A DNA stretch of 63,684 nucleotides, filler included, from Bigelowiella natans CCMP2755 (lineage: Eukaryota; Protista; Cercozoa): NCBI GenBank assembly GCA_000320545.1. It is 3 parts of 3 records of this genome, joined end to end, with 100 filler letters (N's around TTAATTAATTAA, not from the genome) between each part and the next. Parts side by side here need not be neighbours in the genome. Positions count along the whole stretch, not along the records: positions 1 to 22,608 come from ADNK01002568.1; 2 more parts are not named here. The stretch is one strand, 5' to 3'. Position numbers and translations under genes: made by a program. The number at the start of each line of letters is the position of its first letter. Positions within the stretch are counted from its first letter, which is position 1. This document shows, in pieces, positions 1 through 15,026 of the stretch. A model generated the notes under the pieces. That model ran no database searches, was not told the origin of the DNA, and saw only the letters and a program-made list of their open reading frames with translations.

Positions 1-159
1 GCCCCCCGGCCCCGTTTTTTTTGGTTGGGCCCCCCCCGACACCAAAGTACGCTACAAAACAAATCGGGTTTATGAGTTTTCTTTTCTTTCCCCCGCTCGG
101 TTTCTTGACCTTTTTTTCCCCCCCCCCTGCCCCCCCTCTCCATCTCTATACTTCTGCAC

Positions 160-224
160 CTGATGTCATATGCACCGCTAGGCCAAAGTCGCCGATCTTC
201 AGCAGCAGTCTCCCTGATGATGAC

Positions 225-255
<31 letters not shown>

Positions 256-291
256 TATGGATGTTAACTCATCTCGCGACAAATATAACCA

Positions 292-348
<57 letters not shown>

Positions 349-375
349 ATAATATTTTCTGTATGCTCTATACAT

Positions 376-406
<31 letters not shown>

Positions 407-667
407 CGTCTGGAAGTATCCGAACCATTATATTCTGATGAAACACCGTCACGAGGAGAAGCAAGGACGATGGCGGAGGGCGAAGAAGAAAGTTAATGAT
501 TGCGTGAGAGGGGGGGGGAGGGTTCAAAAATTGTAAAAAAACAGAAAATACGCGGAGAAAAGCCGCCTCCTTTGGATGGGGAGCAGTAGCAGGTAATAGA
601 ATCAAAGGAAGTAGAAGGACTAGAAGATGTCACATGCAGCACCGTAGTAGATCGCGCATTAAATGCC

Positions 668-716
<49 letters not shown>

Positions 717-871
717 CTAAATATAGTGTAAAGGGGAGATTACCTCCAGCTTGATGTCCGTATGTACGATATTCATTCGATGAGTCGATTCCAAGCCAAG
801 GCAGACCTAGTAAGAAGTAGGAGAGCATGGGGGGGAGGGGGGATATCAAGGCTATCAGCCATGTTTTCCTG

Positions 872-923
<52 letters not shown>

Positions 924-1389
924 GCACACATACTGCCCTCTTGAATACTTCTCCCTACCCCCAAGCCTCCTCAAGAAAATGAGATAAGGAAAGCTCAGCA
1001 TCGATAGCCGTTGGTCACGGTGAGGGAAGAGAAGGCCCCCATCGTAGCTCTAGACGGGTCTCATATCATAGTCGGCAGAGGGCGCGACTTGATGTCGTTT
1101 TGGTCTGTTGTTTGGCGTGCATATAACTTGGGATCTCCTCCTCCTGCTCCTCCTCCTCCTACCACAACTACCACTACTACCTGGTGGAGGGCATCGAGAA
1201 CTTGGAACGGCGTGAGATCGACGAAGTCCTCAGCGTCCATTAGATCACGAAGACAGCCGCCTGAGGCCATAAACCAGCAGCAATCCAAGAGTTTCCATGT
1301 TGATGTTTGCATGAATACATATAACATATAATATTTATATATTATTGAGTATCTGTAGTCTATCGAGCATGCTATGCATGCTATTAACT

Positions 1390-1435
<46 letters not shown>

Positions 1436-1687
1436 GTATGATTTGGGAACGGAAGGGAGGAGGTCATCATCATCACCACCACCATTATAACTACCACCAT
1501 TAAATAATTAGCTATTCTCCACGCACAGCATACATCTGTTCATTGCATGATTTCCTACTACGCCGCACCGTTGCAATGTTCCATGACGATGCAGACGAAT
1601 TCGTCACTCTCCACATCCCCAAAGCTTTGGCTGAATGAATGACGGAGGCGGAGGAGGAGGATGAGGCCATGGTAAGATCTCTCATAG

Positions 1688-1743
<56 letters not shown>

Positions 1744-2203
1744 TGGTGTGGTGGGGAAGGTGGTTGGCTATCTATACACGCACCGATGAAGGAATATATC
1801 GATGTATTGCACAATATTTCGATGTCGCAGAGAGATTAATTTCTTCGCTTCTTCCAGGGCCTTTAATACGAACCATCACGAAGGCAGGGGGGTGGGGGGG
1901 ATGAATTGGGGCGAAGAAGTAGAATGCTCACAATCCTGCTCGAGAGAAGATGATGTATGATGATGGCTGCTACAAAATTCCTTCTATTCTAAAGGAGGAA
2001 ACAGCGGCACTGCATAAGATGTGAGAACAGCCGCAGAAGGAAGGAATCTGCAAGGTGTTCGCTGCTATGAAATCGTGCGTCTGCGACGGAGAAAGAACGA
2101 CCTCTTGCACGGCACTCATATCATCCATATCGACCTACAATGGGATGGGAGAAAGAAGCATAATGCATACATGTACATATATATTTATATATATGTATGT
2201 ATA

Positions 2204-2246
<43 letters not shown>

Positions 2247-2627
2247 CTTGTGTTTGTGTAAGCACGATGCTGCTCCTACCTTTTACCTAAAATTAACAGG
2301 AACAAGGCAGATGATGGGGAAGATACAGAGCAATGCGGCGTACCTTGATCATCTTCACAACTTTCGGATCCTTTGAGCCCTTCAGCTGGCAAAGATATAC
2401 CGAACCAAAACCCTGTGGTGGTAAAAGCAGCAGCAGCAGCAGCAGAAGAAGAAGAAGAAGAATGATGTTGCAGTCACTCTACGATGTGCCGATGTTCATG
2501 GAGCAAATGCAAGTCTTTGACTGGTGCTTTGCTCTAATGTATGGACCCGTCGTTCGTACTTATAAACGCACACACACACACACACACATGCATGCATTCA
2601 TCTGTGTATCTTTGCATCCCCCCGTCC

Positions 2628-2682
<55 letters not shown>

Positions 2683-2885
2683 CCCCAGAGCCGAGCTCTC
2701 GGCCTCTGATGAGGAGTCCTTTATCGATTGTATATCTGAACCTACCAATATCGGGTGGGGGGGGGGGGGGGGGGGAGTGTGTGTGTGTGTGTCATGGTAC
2801 GCGTGTGTGCTGGCCCTCACCGCTTTTCTCTCGCCCTTCGATGTGTAGTGACATTGGAATGAGACGTTGTGCGCGCGCACATGTA

Positions 2886-2922
<37 letters not shown>

Positions 2923-3020
2923 ACACACTACGTGCACACACTACCGTGAGTAGCGCCGCGTGAATCGGCAGTAGTCCCACATCCCACAGCAGCACGTCGA
3001 TAGCCCTTTCATTGGAAGAG
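160..3020 (-). CDS. Multi-exon Ser/Thr protein kinase (partial; 3' end runs off window start, 5' exons may extend to ~4.9 kb)
   Basis: Spliced minus-strand exons give RELGSG|GFGSVYLCQ..VVKMIK|VDMDDMSAVQE|ALEEAKKLISLRHRNIVQYIDIF..|..CIVMEHCNG|GCLRDL..|VCLGLESTHRMNIVHTDIKLE|NIMVRILPDG|RLLLKIGDFGLAVHM. Gly-loop, HxD and DFG motifs are in order with GT-AG junctions. Confidence 0.9.
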
Positions 3021-5595
3021 ATCGGCGAAAACGACGAAGATGATGATTTTGATGATCAAATCAGAAGAGATTTCAATACAACGTGGAGAAGATGAAGTGT
3101 TGGAAGGGGGGGGGGAGGGATAGGTTGGAATAGTGATGGCTATCATGAATCTCAAACATAGCACACACACACACACACACACAGAGAGAGACACAGACAC
3201 ACACCTAGAATCGAACTCACAATCAGGAAGCATAGTCCCCACCCCATGAGGTCCTGATCAGGTGATAACACGCACAAACAAACACAAACACAAACAGACA
3301 AAACCGCGCATGATTGCGCAGTAGATAGGTTCGCAGTTCTCCGTATATTACCTTCGTTAGCAAAGCCACGCCACCACTCACCCACCACGACGACCGCAAC
3401 TACTTATTCTAATTCTAATATCACTGCTGGTGTTGCAAAGCGCACCTCCGGGAAGAGTGCTTGAAGGGCCTGATCAGTCGCCGACTGGAACGCTTGGAAT
3501 CTGGCACTTGACCCACTGATTATAGCAGCAGCAAAGAGTCAGCAGAGGGGAGGGTGAAGAATATGCACTAGAGAGCAGCATGAATAAGAACATAAAGCGA
3601 CTCAATAAAGAAGCTGCCGCTGGCAGATTCAACATAACATGTATACCGCATCGTTGCTTTCGCCAGAGCCATTGCGACACGCTCGATTGCATTAAGTAGG
3701 TCCTTCTTCTTGACCCCTGTATTGTAAATTTGAATCGTGAAAATAGAGGTCAGAGCTTCTGTTTATAACGCAGCCCCTCTCCTTTATTTTGACGTGACAG
3801 ACGCGCGACCTTCACATTCTGCGCCAATAATTGGATCATTTTCCGATGCATCTTCGCCGTCCCTGCACGAGTAGCTTAATGCTCAGACCGCAACAATCGC
3901 AAAACATTCGAGAGGAAGAAGACTGAACATGCAGCTCATTCACAGCACCCACCTCTTTTCAAGACTGGAGAGCAGCAGTTCTTCCATCTTATCAATAGTC
4001 GACTCAAGAATTCGTAGCATTTCCTCCTCCGACACGCCGTAATCCGTGCCTGTGTGAGTTGTGGTGAGAATTGCCAGCCTCCCTCGGGTCATTTAATTTT
4101 GGTTAATTTCGTTGGCGATCTTACTCCACATAGATTCCAGCGCGTCCTCCGAAGCGTGCTGTGTGAATTCTGCATCTGTCCACTGCACAATTCGCCTGGA
4201 CAATTTTCGTCACCTCCGTCAGTCATCAGAAGAGTGATTGGATGTGCAAGGAGGCATGATGCAATGAGAGTAAGCACCACCTGAGACATCGATTTTGATC
4301 CTTAACGGGCACCGAATCGAAGCGGATCGTCATGCTAATAATCTTGGCTAAGTTTAAGTGGAGGTATGACGATAGCGAGTACAGGTTCTTCCCTTCCGCA
4401 GGTGGCTGGGACGGAGATGGCGACTGCTGCGAGTGTGGCACTCCGACTACGAGCTACCGGAATAGATCACACTCATAAATTGGAATGGAGCAAAGAGAGA
4501 TGGGAGGGGGGTAAACATTTATTCTAATATACCGTAGCAGAGATGAGCAAATGCCACAAGATGCATCTAGTCCCCCCGAGCGCTCTGGGAAGGGCATTCA
4601 GATGGCCCGAATGCACCATGTTCGGCGCCATTGTGCCCGAGTGAAAGGCCACCTACTTTTTGGTTGGAATTTGCAAGTCGCACTATTGAATTCACCTGCA
4701 CGCAGATTTTTGTTCGGTGCATTCTTGTCGCACCACCGGATTCACCTGCAAACCTCCAGACACTGTGCAAGGAGAGGCGGAGAGCGTCTCTCGCAGTCCG
4801 AGGAGGGGCGGGCTTCTCGTTCTTCTAGCAGAAGCAGGTTTCTGCTTTCCCTTCTTTTTCCTTGGTGCAGACGACAATGACAAGCACCTGACCTCCGTTA
4901 GAAGGCTCTTCGGAAGGCCACTGTCAGTTCCTGCAGTGTTTGGTTTTGAATCAATTGCAATTGCAATCCGTGACGTACAAGCAAAGAGATTTTCTTAGTT
5001 TGGTGCAAATGCATGTCTCCTTTATGTGGTTCTTGCGCACGTTGTTTTGCATCAATGCTCAATATTATGTTCAATGTCGTTCATCACGTGAACTCCATGA
5101 TTGTTGGCTTGGCCCGACGTGACTTTAGATTTGTTTTTGTTTTTCAAGCATCGCAGCAATCAGCGCAGCGTCGGCTTGCCAATACGTGATTACAATCGCA
5201 TTAAATCATACCGCGCTAGTCTAATGTGCGATGTCTCAGCGGTACATAGCAAAATTTTAACAAAAATTTTGCATTGTGGCTTGCTTTTCAATTACCCACA
5301 CAAAAAGTATGCGCCTAAATACTTATGCGTTGTTCATGCAGATGACTTAAGGAACTACTCAATATCAGGATTTCGAAGTCATTACTCCAATCAAGCCGTC
5401 AACATATGTCCTGTCACACAGTATTGTTAACAATACGCATATCATATGATTTGCTTCCGAACGTATTATATATCATCCAAAGACCCAATACCCTTATAAC
5501 GCATGCGTGTATGATATTTTTCATCGGAGGTGAATTGGAAAGTTAATAGTCACGTCGTTTGGCTCTACACTAGAAAAATATCTCTAGCTCAGCAG

Positions 5596-8022
5596 ACCTT
5601 TCTCTGAAAACATAGTCTTCGTTTGCGGATTCTAAGTCTTGCTTGAGCTGATCAATATCGATCCACCTACGAAAAATGAGCTCCATCGTATGAGCTGTGT
5701 CTTCACATCCTCACTATACTTCGCACTATTCATGCCAAGATCGTCATCGTTGTAACTCGCATTCTCCATCGTTGTTCTTATGAGCCATAGGTGGGTTTTC
5801 ACTTACATAGCCTCGTCCACTTCTCCGTCTGCAACCACAATCTTCTGTTCTTCTGGAGAGTTCAGCTGATTTTTGAAACAGGAAGTTCAGCAGCAAAAGT
5901 GGTGTGAAGAAGCACGGTGCCCTCTTCCATCTCCTTCCTACGCCCCTCGCTTCCTCTCTCTCACCTTAGCGTAGTCGATTACGTACACATCCTGCAGCTC
6001 CCGGCATATGAACTCTCCATGCTTCTCCGTGAACCCCTTAGCATCGCTCACAGCCTTAGTGCGAAAGGTAACACAAAAGGAGGAAATGATGCGGGTCGAA
6101 GCGATCATATCACTGGTAAGAGAGGTAGATTCGATGATGGACACGTGGAATAATAGACAGGCGAGTGTCCCCAACCCCCCTCATTTAACCACCACTCTAA
6201 CCACTGCTACAACTACAACTTTCATGCTACTACCAGTATCTACGATGCCGACTATTCTACTATCTACTTTCACGAAGCAAATTCGAAGGTTTCGATTGTT
6301 ATCGTAATTTCAACTCTGTTCTTTTCCCTTCTTCTTCTTGTTCTTCTTCTGAATGCAGCTCCGATGTCGCTACGCAAGTTACCGTGAATATCAAATCCAA
6401 GTCCTTTGTCAAGACATGAAGGCCTAGATCCATTTAATAATACATCAATTACAGGGTGAATTATGTGACCGCGAATTTCCTCAACGTGCAAACTGACTTT
6501 ACAGTATGAAATTGAGAGCATTGTATATCTACCTAATTCCTCCTCTATTTCACGCAATGCTGATGATGTTGTTAACACACACAATTTGAGGCAAGTGAAA
6601 TTCAGAAGAACAGGTGATGATTTTGGCCTTAGTCTATTCTTCTTTCTCCTTCCTCTCCTTTTTCTTTTGTCCTTCAATTCAAAGATTAAGTCGGTTGGAA
6701 ATAGGAAAACGCTCTTCGTTTCAAGGAAAAATAATCCAATATTCACTGCGGACATTGTCCTCGCGGTTGCTATCTTCAAACCGGTGTCTAGGCTATCGTC
6801 GCCAACTTCGATGTGTCCCGCTGCAGATACATCGAGCTTTCCGGGGTTTGTGTCCTTTTCATTTGTAACGCAATTGGACGAATTCGCTTAGAGTGTTGGT
6901 CAAAAGGGAAACGCATTGTTGTTGTTGTTGTTATTTTCAGCAGCCTTTTGGCGTAGATTTGGTAGCCTTCTAGTAGATGTGGATTATTCTACATATAGAA
7001 GTAATTGGATGTGTTTATGATTTACAAAAACTATATGTGTCAAGACTCCATCTTCGGGGACCTTATTCATGCTCCGTCGTTGCACGAGCACCTTTCCTTG
7101 CTAAAAGATACATTATATCGATGATGCAGCCCGATACAATAGTTTATATCCTTAGAAGTATTTTATAATTTATCTCCGTCCCCCCCCCCCCCCCCTCTCC
7201 GTGTGTGGTGCGTGTGAGCGTTTCTTCTGTAGAATTGATAAAGACCTTGGAGTCTAAGAGCCAGATATGTACCGAGTGATGCCAATCCCCGTCTGCAAGC
7301 ATACACACAGAAACAAAGTAATAATGCGTTTTGGCCACTCAAAAAGATGTCAGAAACAAGGCCGAGGATCTGATGAGTCGCACGGCACTTCCTGCTGTAT
7401 TGGTGAGTTTTGTCAGGATTTCAGTGAGTATATTCAACCTCTGTGTACATCGGAGCGAGCTTTCCCTGTTCCTGTTCTCTTTGGCTCCGTAAATCCGCCG
7501 TGGTTACTGTAGTTTTGCGTTGAAATTTTAGTCGCACAATGTAGATTATTACTTGCAATCATGCACATACTTTCATCATATACCATTCATAGAAAGAAAT
7601 TTCGGTTGATGTATTGGGGCAAACATACTCTGGGGGAGGGAAGACGAGAGCCAGCATCTCCTTAGGGTTGTATGAGAGATCCTGTTGCAAGTTATTTGAG
7701 ATAAGGAATACAAAGAACCTGCACCCCAAAAATTCGCAGCTCAGGGTCTCAATAAAACCTTTTCAACGGATCCTTTTGCTTTGATGATCCCTGTCGTCAG
7801 CCATCGCCTCAGATTGCGGTGTAAGCGCGACGGACTGTTCAAACCGTTCGAACATCGCGAGGCCGAGTCACTCCCCCCCCTCCTCAAAGCCATCGTCCTT
7901 CCCCTTGGCAACGACGAGGACAACAAACGCCCCATGCGGCACCCAAGAGATGAAAACGACGACGATCCTGCAGCCCCCTTCGCGAAGGAAGCTGCCAGCA
8001 TGAGCAGGACATGGCGCTGCAT
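5596..8022 (-). CDS. Probable multi-exon hypothetical protein with hydrophobic/Ser-Arg-rich leader
   Basis: Exon-like segments bounded by AG/GT (WIDIDQLKQDLESANEDYVFRE; LNSPEEQKIVVADGEVDEA); N-terminus MQRHVLLMLAASFAKG... No recognised domain; structure and limits uncertain. Confidence 0.35.
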
Positions 8023-8393
8023 CGACGGTTCGGGACGGGGGGCCACGTACACACTCACAGCTGAGGATTTATTTACTCGTATAATTTTTACTCCGACGGA
8101 AACATTGTCGCAGGTCCAAGATCCCATTCCTTTTTTTTATTTCCAATGCCAATATCTCATTAATCAACGTCTCGGATTCTGAGAGAATCATTCACAGCGG
8201 TTCATACCCAGGGAATTTTGCCCTACGGTAAGGCTACAACGGTGCAGCAGAGCAAAACTCCAAGCTGATTTGGTCTCTAAGAAACACGGCTGCGATCATC
8301 TTCTTCTTAAAATAATTCATTACCGAAAAACTTCGTAAATTCTCTGCCTAAAACGGAACTCAGCGCCGCCACAATCGTGCGTTCCAGTCCATC

Positions 8394-9349
8394 ATGGCGG
8401 ACGAATTAACCCCCGTCATCAAACTGGGCCAACCAGTTCAATACTGCCCGATGTTAGGTAGTTGTTCTGGCCACGAATGAGAGGAAGCGTCGTAGTTCTT
8501 GAAAAGATGTTACTTTACTATCCATTCGTTTCGTTCACAGAATGCAGACTGCCATTCGAGTACTGCAAGTACGGTCCCTGCCCAGGGAAGTGCGATGCGT
8601 GGGTTGCGACAAATTTGCCAGATCTATATGCGGAACTAAAAGGTTCTCCTAACGGTCCATATCCCCTTCTTTCCACTTTGGTATCTCTCCCTCCTTTTCA
8701 CCCCTCCTTTCCTTTAAGGCCTATGCTTGCACCTTTATCACTAATTTACCTTTCCCTGATTTCTCTGCATTTTGAAGGCCAAGGTGACGATGCAAAAGGC
8801 GAAAGTAAGAAACAGAAAAGCAAAGATAGAGGTTTGAAGCACCATGATCTTCTGTCCAATGCACCTCACAAATTGATATTTATATTCTTAGGAAAAGCAT
8901 CGAAGAAAGCTGGGAAAACGGCCAGCGAGAAGCAGGTCAAGATTTATCAGTTTCAGCGAAGTAAGCGCAAGTTTATCACGGCGATTATTGGACTGGATGC
9001 ATTTGGATTGGACCTAAAGCAGTCTGCGAAGAAGATGTCGAAACAATTCGCATGCAGCTCCTCAGTGGTGAAATGTATGTGATATCTTGGAAGTTTCATT
9101 CTCGTAGCACCTGGTTGAAATCACCTCACGTAAACGTGCAGGTACACCACCTCCCAACGAAATTCATGTTCAAGGGGACGTTAAGTTTGACGTAGCTGAC
9201 TTCATTTTAAATAAACTGAAGGTATGTGAGTATGATAATGCGGAACAACTCGCTCTAAAACAAGATTTCTGTAACTGTAGATTCCGAAGGAGCTGATTTT
9301 CTTTCTGGAAGGGAAAAAGAAGAAGAAAACCCCAGCCTTTGCCAATTAG
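8394..9349 (+). CDS. DENR: Density-regulated protein / translation machinery-associated protein 22 (SUI1 domain)
   Basis: MADEL..VQYCPML|ECRLPFEYCKYGPCPGKCDAW zinc-binding N-terminus; QRSKRKFITAIIGLDAFGLDLKQSAKKMSKQFACSSSVVK..EIHVQGDV SUI1 domain; TAG at 9347-9349. Confidence 0.92.
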
Positions 9350-9889
9350 ATACAGCGAGAAGAAATAAATACGCCTAGCTCATCGACAGCTGTAAGCCAT
9401 CTGTGCATCTATCTGCGACATCGCAGTGCTCGCTGCATCTACATGTAGCAATGGTGACTATACTTGCTGGTCAACTCCGCATATCATTTTGTCCGTATAT
9501 CCGCGCACAATGAAAGCTCTGCCAGCGCCCCTCGATTATTCCTCGAACAGGGGCCCAGCTAACCTCTTTGCGGGTGGTTCTTCATGTACATGCGCATGCA
9601 TCATCACACGGGTTATGCGGCGCGTGTCTATTGGCTAGATCTCGCGTACGTAGCTAAGGTGATCGAATGTCAGCGCCCCGTAATTATCGCACACGTACGG
9701 CGGGTTATGATTTTCTTTTTCGTCAGCTGCGTACTACTATCTACGCATATCAAGATATTTCCGTCATCAAATAATGATTACGTTCTCATAAATTAAACTT
9801 CGAACAAAAATATGCATAAATTTATGTGAGCGATAGTACGACAAGTAGTGCACAGTCATTAGTGCAGGTAGTGGTAGGTAGCGCTTATT

Positions 9890-9932
<43 letters not shown>

Positions 9933-10128
9933 AATAACAAAGAATGAGCGATACGGTGCGACGCACATGTGTAGATGAAATCCATTTACTGAGGTTGAAA
10001 GCGCAATGTGATGTATTATGCCGAACGTTAACGCGCATGGCCAGAGACTGCGATGTTGTCGAAACATCCATGCTCGAAAGGGATATCCTCGGCCATGTTT
10101 GGGCTGCAATGTGCCATCGCGAATAAAC

Positions 10129-12062
10129 CTACTTCGTGTGCGCCAAGGTACCAGCTCCTTGACCGAATCCATACCCCTTGTGATATAGCAAGGCACATGT
10201 GCGTTTTGTGTGTGAGAAAGTCATTTGTGAATGTACGCTTGGAGTGATGCGCAATAAAGGTGTTTCGCTTTATTCATTATGGAAATGTTTTATTCATATG
10301 AAAATGCTTATCAAATCGGTTAAATATCAACCTTAGGACCAAATTTTTTGCCGTAACACCTAGATGCAGCAAACAATACATTAAGATGATTCGCCTCCAA
10401 TATATCACTAAGAACATATTAGAGAAGGATGAAGCGCGTGTTTAGTGATGTCGTACGCTCTACAGAAGATGTCGCCTGTCAAAGAAGTAGGAAAAGAAAC
10501 AGAAATATATAAGATTAGGAGGTGGATGGTCGTTGACGCTATAATTGTGAGCAGCACTTATTATTCACATTCATGTATTACCCTCCGCCTCAGTGATGTT
10601 GTTGGAACTGAGGCCTTTGTTACATTCTTTACATCGAAGACACGCCTTATGCCATGTGAACCCTGCTGCGAGTGCCTTCTCGGCATGGTACACAGATTTT
10701 CCACATCTTTTACACTTTGGCGCCCCGCCGAACCGATTTTTTTTTTTCTTCGTTTTTACTTTACCCTCGTTCACACTTCCCACTGACAGCTTGCTGAACT
10801 GTACACGAAGAAACAGCCGCGTCAATTGGTGAGAAGATCGGTAATAATATGGTTACCGTAGAAACGGGAGCCTTAACCACAGCGAGCCGTTCTCCGCAAC
10901 TCGTGCAAAATTTAGCACCCGGCTGCATGATATCATGATTAAGCCACAACAAAACTAATTTCAGTTCCATCAGTTTTATCACCACCTGAATAGCCGCTGC
11001 ACAGCTGGGACAGCCAGATCCGCCGCTTGGTTTTGGGGAGGTCACAACCGGTTTGGGCTCTCCCTGAATAATATACGTTGTTTTCTACTGTACGTGTGCA
11101 TGATATGGTGGAGGGAGAGGGCAGGTAAAATTAGGAGCAGACTTCTTAATGAATAAGAGTACCTTCGATCCACATTCAGTGCAGAATTTTCCAGATATCT
11201 CAACATTGCATCTTTCAAAATATCAATCCCTCTTCATTCGATATGCATCAAATCTATGAAGATGTTCCTACTTTTTGCAGAACAGGGTCGAAGATTCAGC
11301 TAGTTTCTTTTCAGGCTTCGCAGCAGGTTTCTCAACAGGCTTCGATGGTTTGGATGAAGGAATCTATCGGTTATATTGCTCGAATTACTTCATGGGAGTG
11401 AGACTTCTACCATATTCATCGTTACTGTGAACAATGTGTATTGCGTCTGTATTCTGTGTATGTGTACGTCAATGTCTTACCACTTTTTCGCTCATCTGCA
11501 GGATACCTGCACCGCCGCCGAAGCCATAGCCCTATCAGGAGTTTGTTTATGTCTTGGTCATCACTCATTTTTGCATCCCGTGTATATCAGTAATGAGATA
11601 ATGGCGCATTCCAAACCTTTGGTCCAAAACTCTTGCCATGGCATGCTTTACACCAAATCTCATTTTCCTGTGATGCAGCAAAGATGCCATTTGAATTATC
11701 AGACAACAAATAACATTTCATAAAATATTTCCTTCGTAAGTTGATTTGTACTACCGCGTCTAAAGCATTTCCTGAATACAACCCAGTTTTGCAGCCCTTA
11801 CATGTCATACATTTTTTGTGGTAGATTCTCCCAGCGCATAACACCTGGCATCACAATGTGAAAAACTGGAAAGATTGCAGGAATAATCGAAGAACCTTCT
11901 CGACAGCATAAACTGACTTTGCACACCTGTTTTGACGTATACACTGTCACACAGCTGTCGGTGCTTGTTCGTAACCGTTGATATCGCAACCATGCATCGC
12001 AGGACAAAACACAAAGCTCTCGAGGACCTCGCACACTTTGGCGCGCCTCCGAACTTGGGCAT
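10129..12062 (-). CDS. Cysteine/glycine-rich protein (CRP/CSRP)-like two-LIM protein with central zinc ribbons
   Basis: [55 protein letters not shown]; second [51 protein letters not shown]; linker with KFCTECG and [15 protein letters not shown]. Confidence 0.9.
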
Positions 12063-13339
12063 TAATCTCTAGATAGGAAACCGTTCCCCGAAAACAAAGC
12101 AAAAATTGAGACTGAGAGTCAAATCGATGAAGGAGAGGGAGACAGGCGAGCCCAAACGATACTCTCGCTCGTTTGCTTCAGTTTCAGTGATAAGGCAACG
12201 CGATATGGTGTTTTTCATGTCGCAGTAATAAAAGACATGGGGTTACTTCCCCATATAATCATCGACCAAAACACGCCTGCGACTGGGATTTGACCGGGGA
12301 AAAGCGTCCGAGCGGCACGCGCCACCTTACCTCCGATCCTCCTTTTCCGCTCAAAGCCGAACTTAGTGACCGCTGGAATTTTGGAAAATAAGAATGGGGT
12401 ACTTGCTTCCTAGCCCTGCGCCTGCCGATTCTTGAAGCCGCGAGTAAAAGTCTGCCTTTGTTTCCGGAACTTCGGAACCTCCATGTACAGAGCGCGCTCT
12501 TCCCTACCATTCTTTGAACGTGCGCAGGACAGCTCCAGGAGGCTTCGCCAGTCCTTCCAACAAACCAAACATGACCCATTCCAGCAGATGCCAAGAAGTA
12601 ATTAGCATCCCCTCTCTACCGCAACTACATCCAACTCTGACGCGCTCTCTTGGATTCTACAGATCTAGGACGAGCAACAGACCATTCCTCCGTGTTGAAA
12701 AATTTGCGATCATAAAGAATGATGCTGAAATCATGGAGACGAAAATGGATGAGAAGCTACCTCGGATGGCGGTTGCAGCATAGCACATGTAATCAGAAAG
12801 GAATTAATTTTTACGGAACCTGAATCATAGAAGATTGTGTGCCGGATTTGAGTAGTCTGGTTCACAAGCTGTTTGAGTTACGTTGACATAGTCAGTTCGT
12901 TAATTAGCTGAGAAAACTACGGTACTGTTACTTGAAATTTGATAGGGATTCAACAAAGTTACAAGTAAATTTCAGCATTTAAAAAGATATGTACATGTAA
13001 AGAAAGTTCTCGTTTTTCGATGGATAACATCGCACATCTTCGCTCAACAGCAGCAGAACATGACACATTGCGGTCGGTCGCAGCATCTAGGCATGCCCCG
13101 TCTAGCAGTGCTGTTTCTACTTCATTACTAGACTGGCATGCGAACTCCGTAGCTATGAATTAATTTATACTAAGTCTTCTAATGTATTATTGTTGCGCAC
13201 ATTACTTTTTCACAAGTAACAGTAGATGAGCACAAATGCATTCTAGTGTTGTTGGATGGAATTGTTCTACAGTCTAGAGTTGTTGACATTGTTAGATTGC
13301 CATTCATCATGCACGGCTATCACGCCATGAATCGCTTAA

Positions 13340-14937
13340 TATGTCATGGATAGAATGTCCTGCTGCGTTCCAACCACTTGGATTTGGGGGATAGATGAGA
13401 CGATGCCTTGTAGAGGTTGTGTCCTTAAGGCTACTGCTATCATTATGTGGACAATTATCACTATCATTAACATTCTTCCTAGTTTTCACCACATCATTAT
13501 GATTTCCAATCTCCTTCTTGTCTTTACTAGTTTCTGTTTCCTTCATCTTTCTTCTCCTCTTCTGCTGTTGTCTTGGTACTTTAGTCTCTTCGCCAGCTGG
13601 ATGCCTTGTGGTGAAAAAGAAGGATAGAGGAGGATTGTTCAAAAAATTAGTACCTAGTGGGTAGAATTACACTACACAGTACTATGGAGATAGATAGGTA
13701 GTGAGAGAGAGCGAGAGAGGGGGGGGGAGACAGAGAGAGGGAGAGAGAGAGAATAGAAATTACAATATATTGCACACTTACCATGGGACAAATGCCTCGT
13801 TTCTAATGGATGCGAAGCGTCCTAAAGGCAAATCGCCATCAGCACATCCCGCACTCTCGATCTTGTAGTGTCGCAGCCGCCGTTCGGCCTCACGGATTAA
13901 ATTGCGCCAAAAACTGCAAAGGGACAGCGTCAACAAGAGGAACGCATAAAACTTAAACACTCACAAACACACATGTCACTATTGAAATAGGTATAATTAT
14001 GGTTTTCAGCTTACAACACGCTGCACCACCTGCCAGAGCGCTCATACTCTTTCGATAGCCAGAAGTTATGGACCTCGCTTGGGGGAGCCAAGTCAGCCAT
14101 TGGACCGCCAATTGCCCCTCCAATGCCTGCACATTCGAAACCGTGATTCAAAGTGTAATGTGTGATTTTGAATCGCATATAGGATTTGTAAGGTATATCC
14201 CTCTCTACCCCACTGGCCGTATTCTTCACAATAACCGAACTCCGTGAAATTGGAAAATTGTTATGATCCAATCATAGTTCATATTTCACCTTCGCCGGCA
14301 GCTTCGGCCGGGGCTGCGGAGTCGTATTTTTCAGAGTGCTTGAATACATAGAGAGTGATCTCACGCCCTGAAAATAGGCAATGGAAAGGGGTAAATGAAT
14401 ATTAGGTAGATTATACAAATAATGCAAAAAGCAAAAATTGGGAAGTCAAAAGACGAGATGCCCTCTCTCTTGAAGGTTTGCTGTTTTTTATTTATTCCCT
14501 TTTATTCTACCTCGTTGGGTATCAGGCCATTTACCGTCTCCAAGAGCCTCGGCAACAGTCACCTGATTATGTCGACATACTGTCGGATTCATGGTTTACC
14601 ATACATCATGTTGATACAGCTATAGTTACCCTACCTTTATCCCAAATTCGCAAGCATGGTCAAGGAAAACAGCACAGAGAATATCCCACGCCAACCCGAG
14701 GTTTTTAAGATCCCTGGTCAATTTTAATCTCAGGATATGATATACGACATCATCAAAATTTATTCCGACTTTTTGATGGAGAAATGGATCTTCCAGTCTG
14801 GCGTTGTGTGCCCGTGTGCATTTTGAGCTAGCCAGTAGACGCGACACCTCTCCGTGCAAACTAGTTTTTAAAAGGATAAAGCACATGCTGTAAGACATGC
14901 TTCGGGTGCTGTTGAGTGTGCTTTAAAAGTATGTGTA

Positions 14938-15026
<89 letters not shown>

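Noticed and set aside
21-3400. ORF-track entries with poly-YI/HT/CV/ER/SL runs (throughout host regions)
   Set aside because: Translations of intronic microsatellites.
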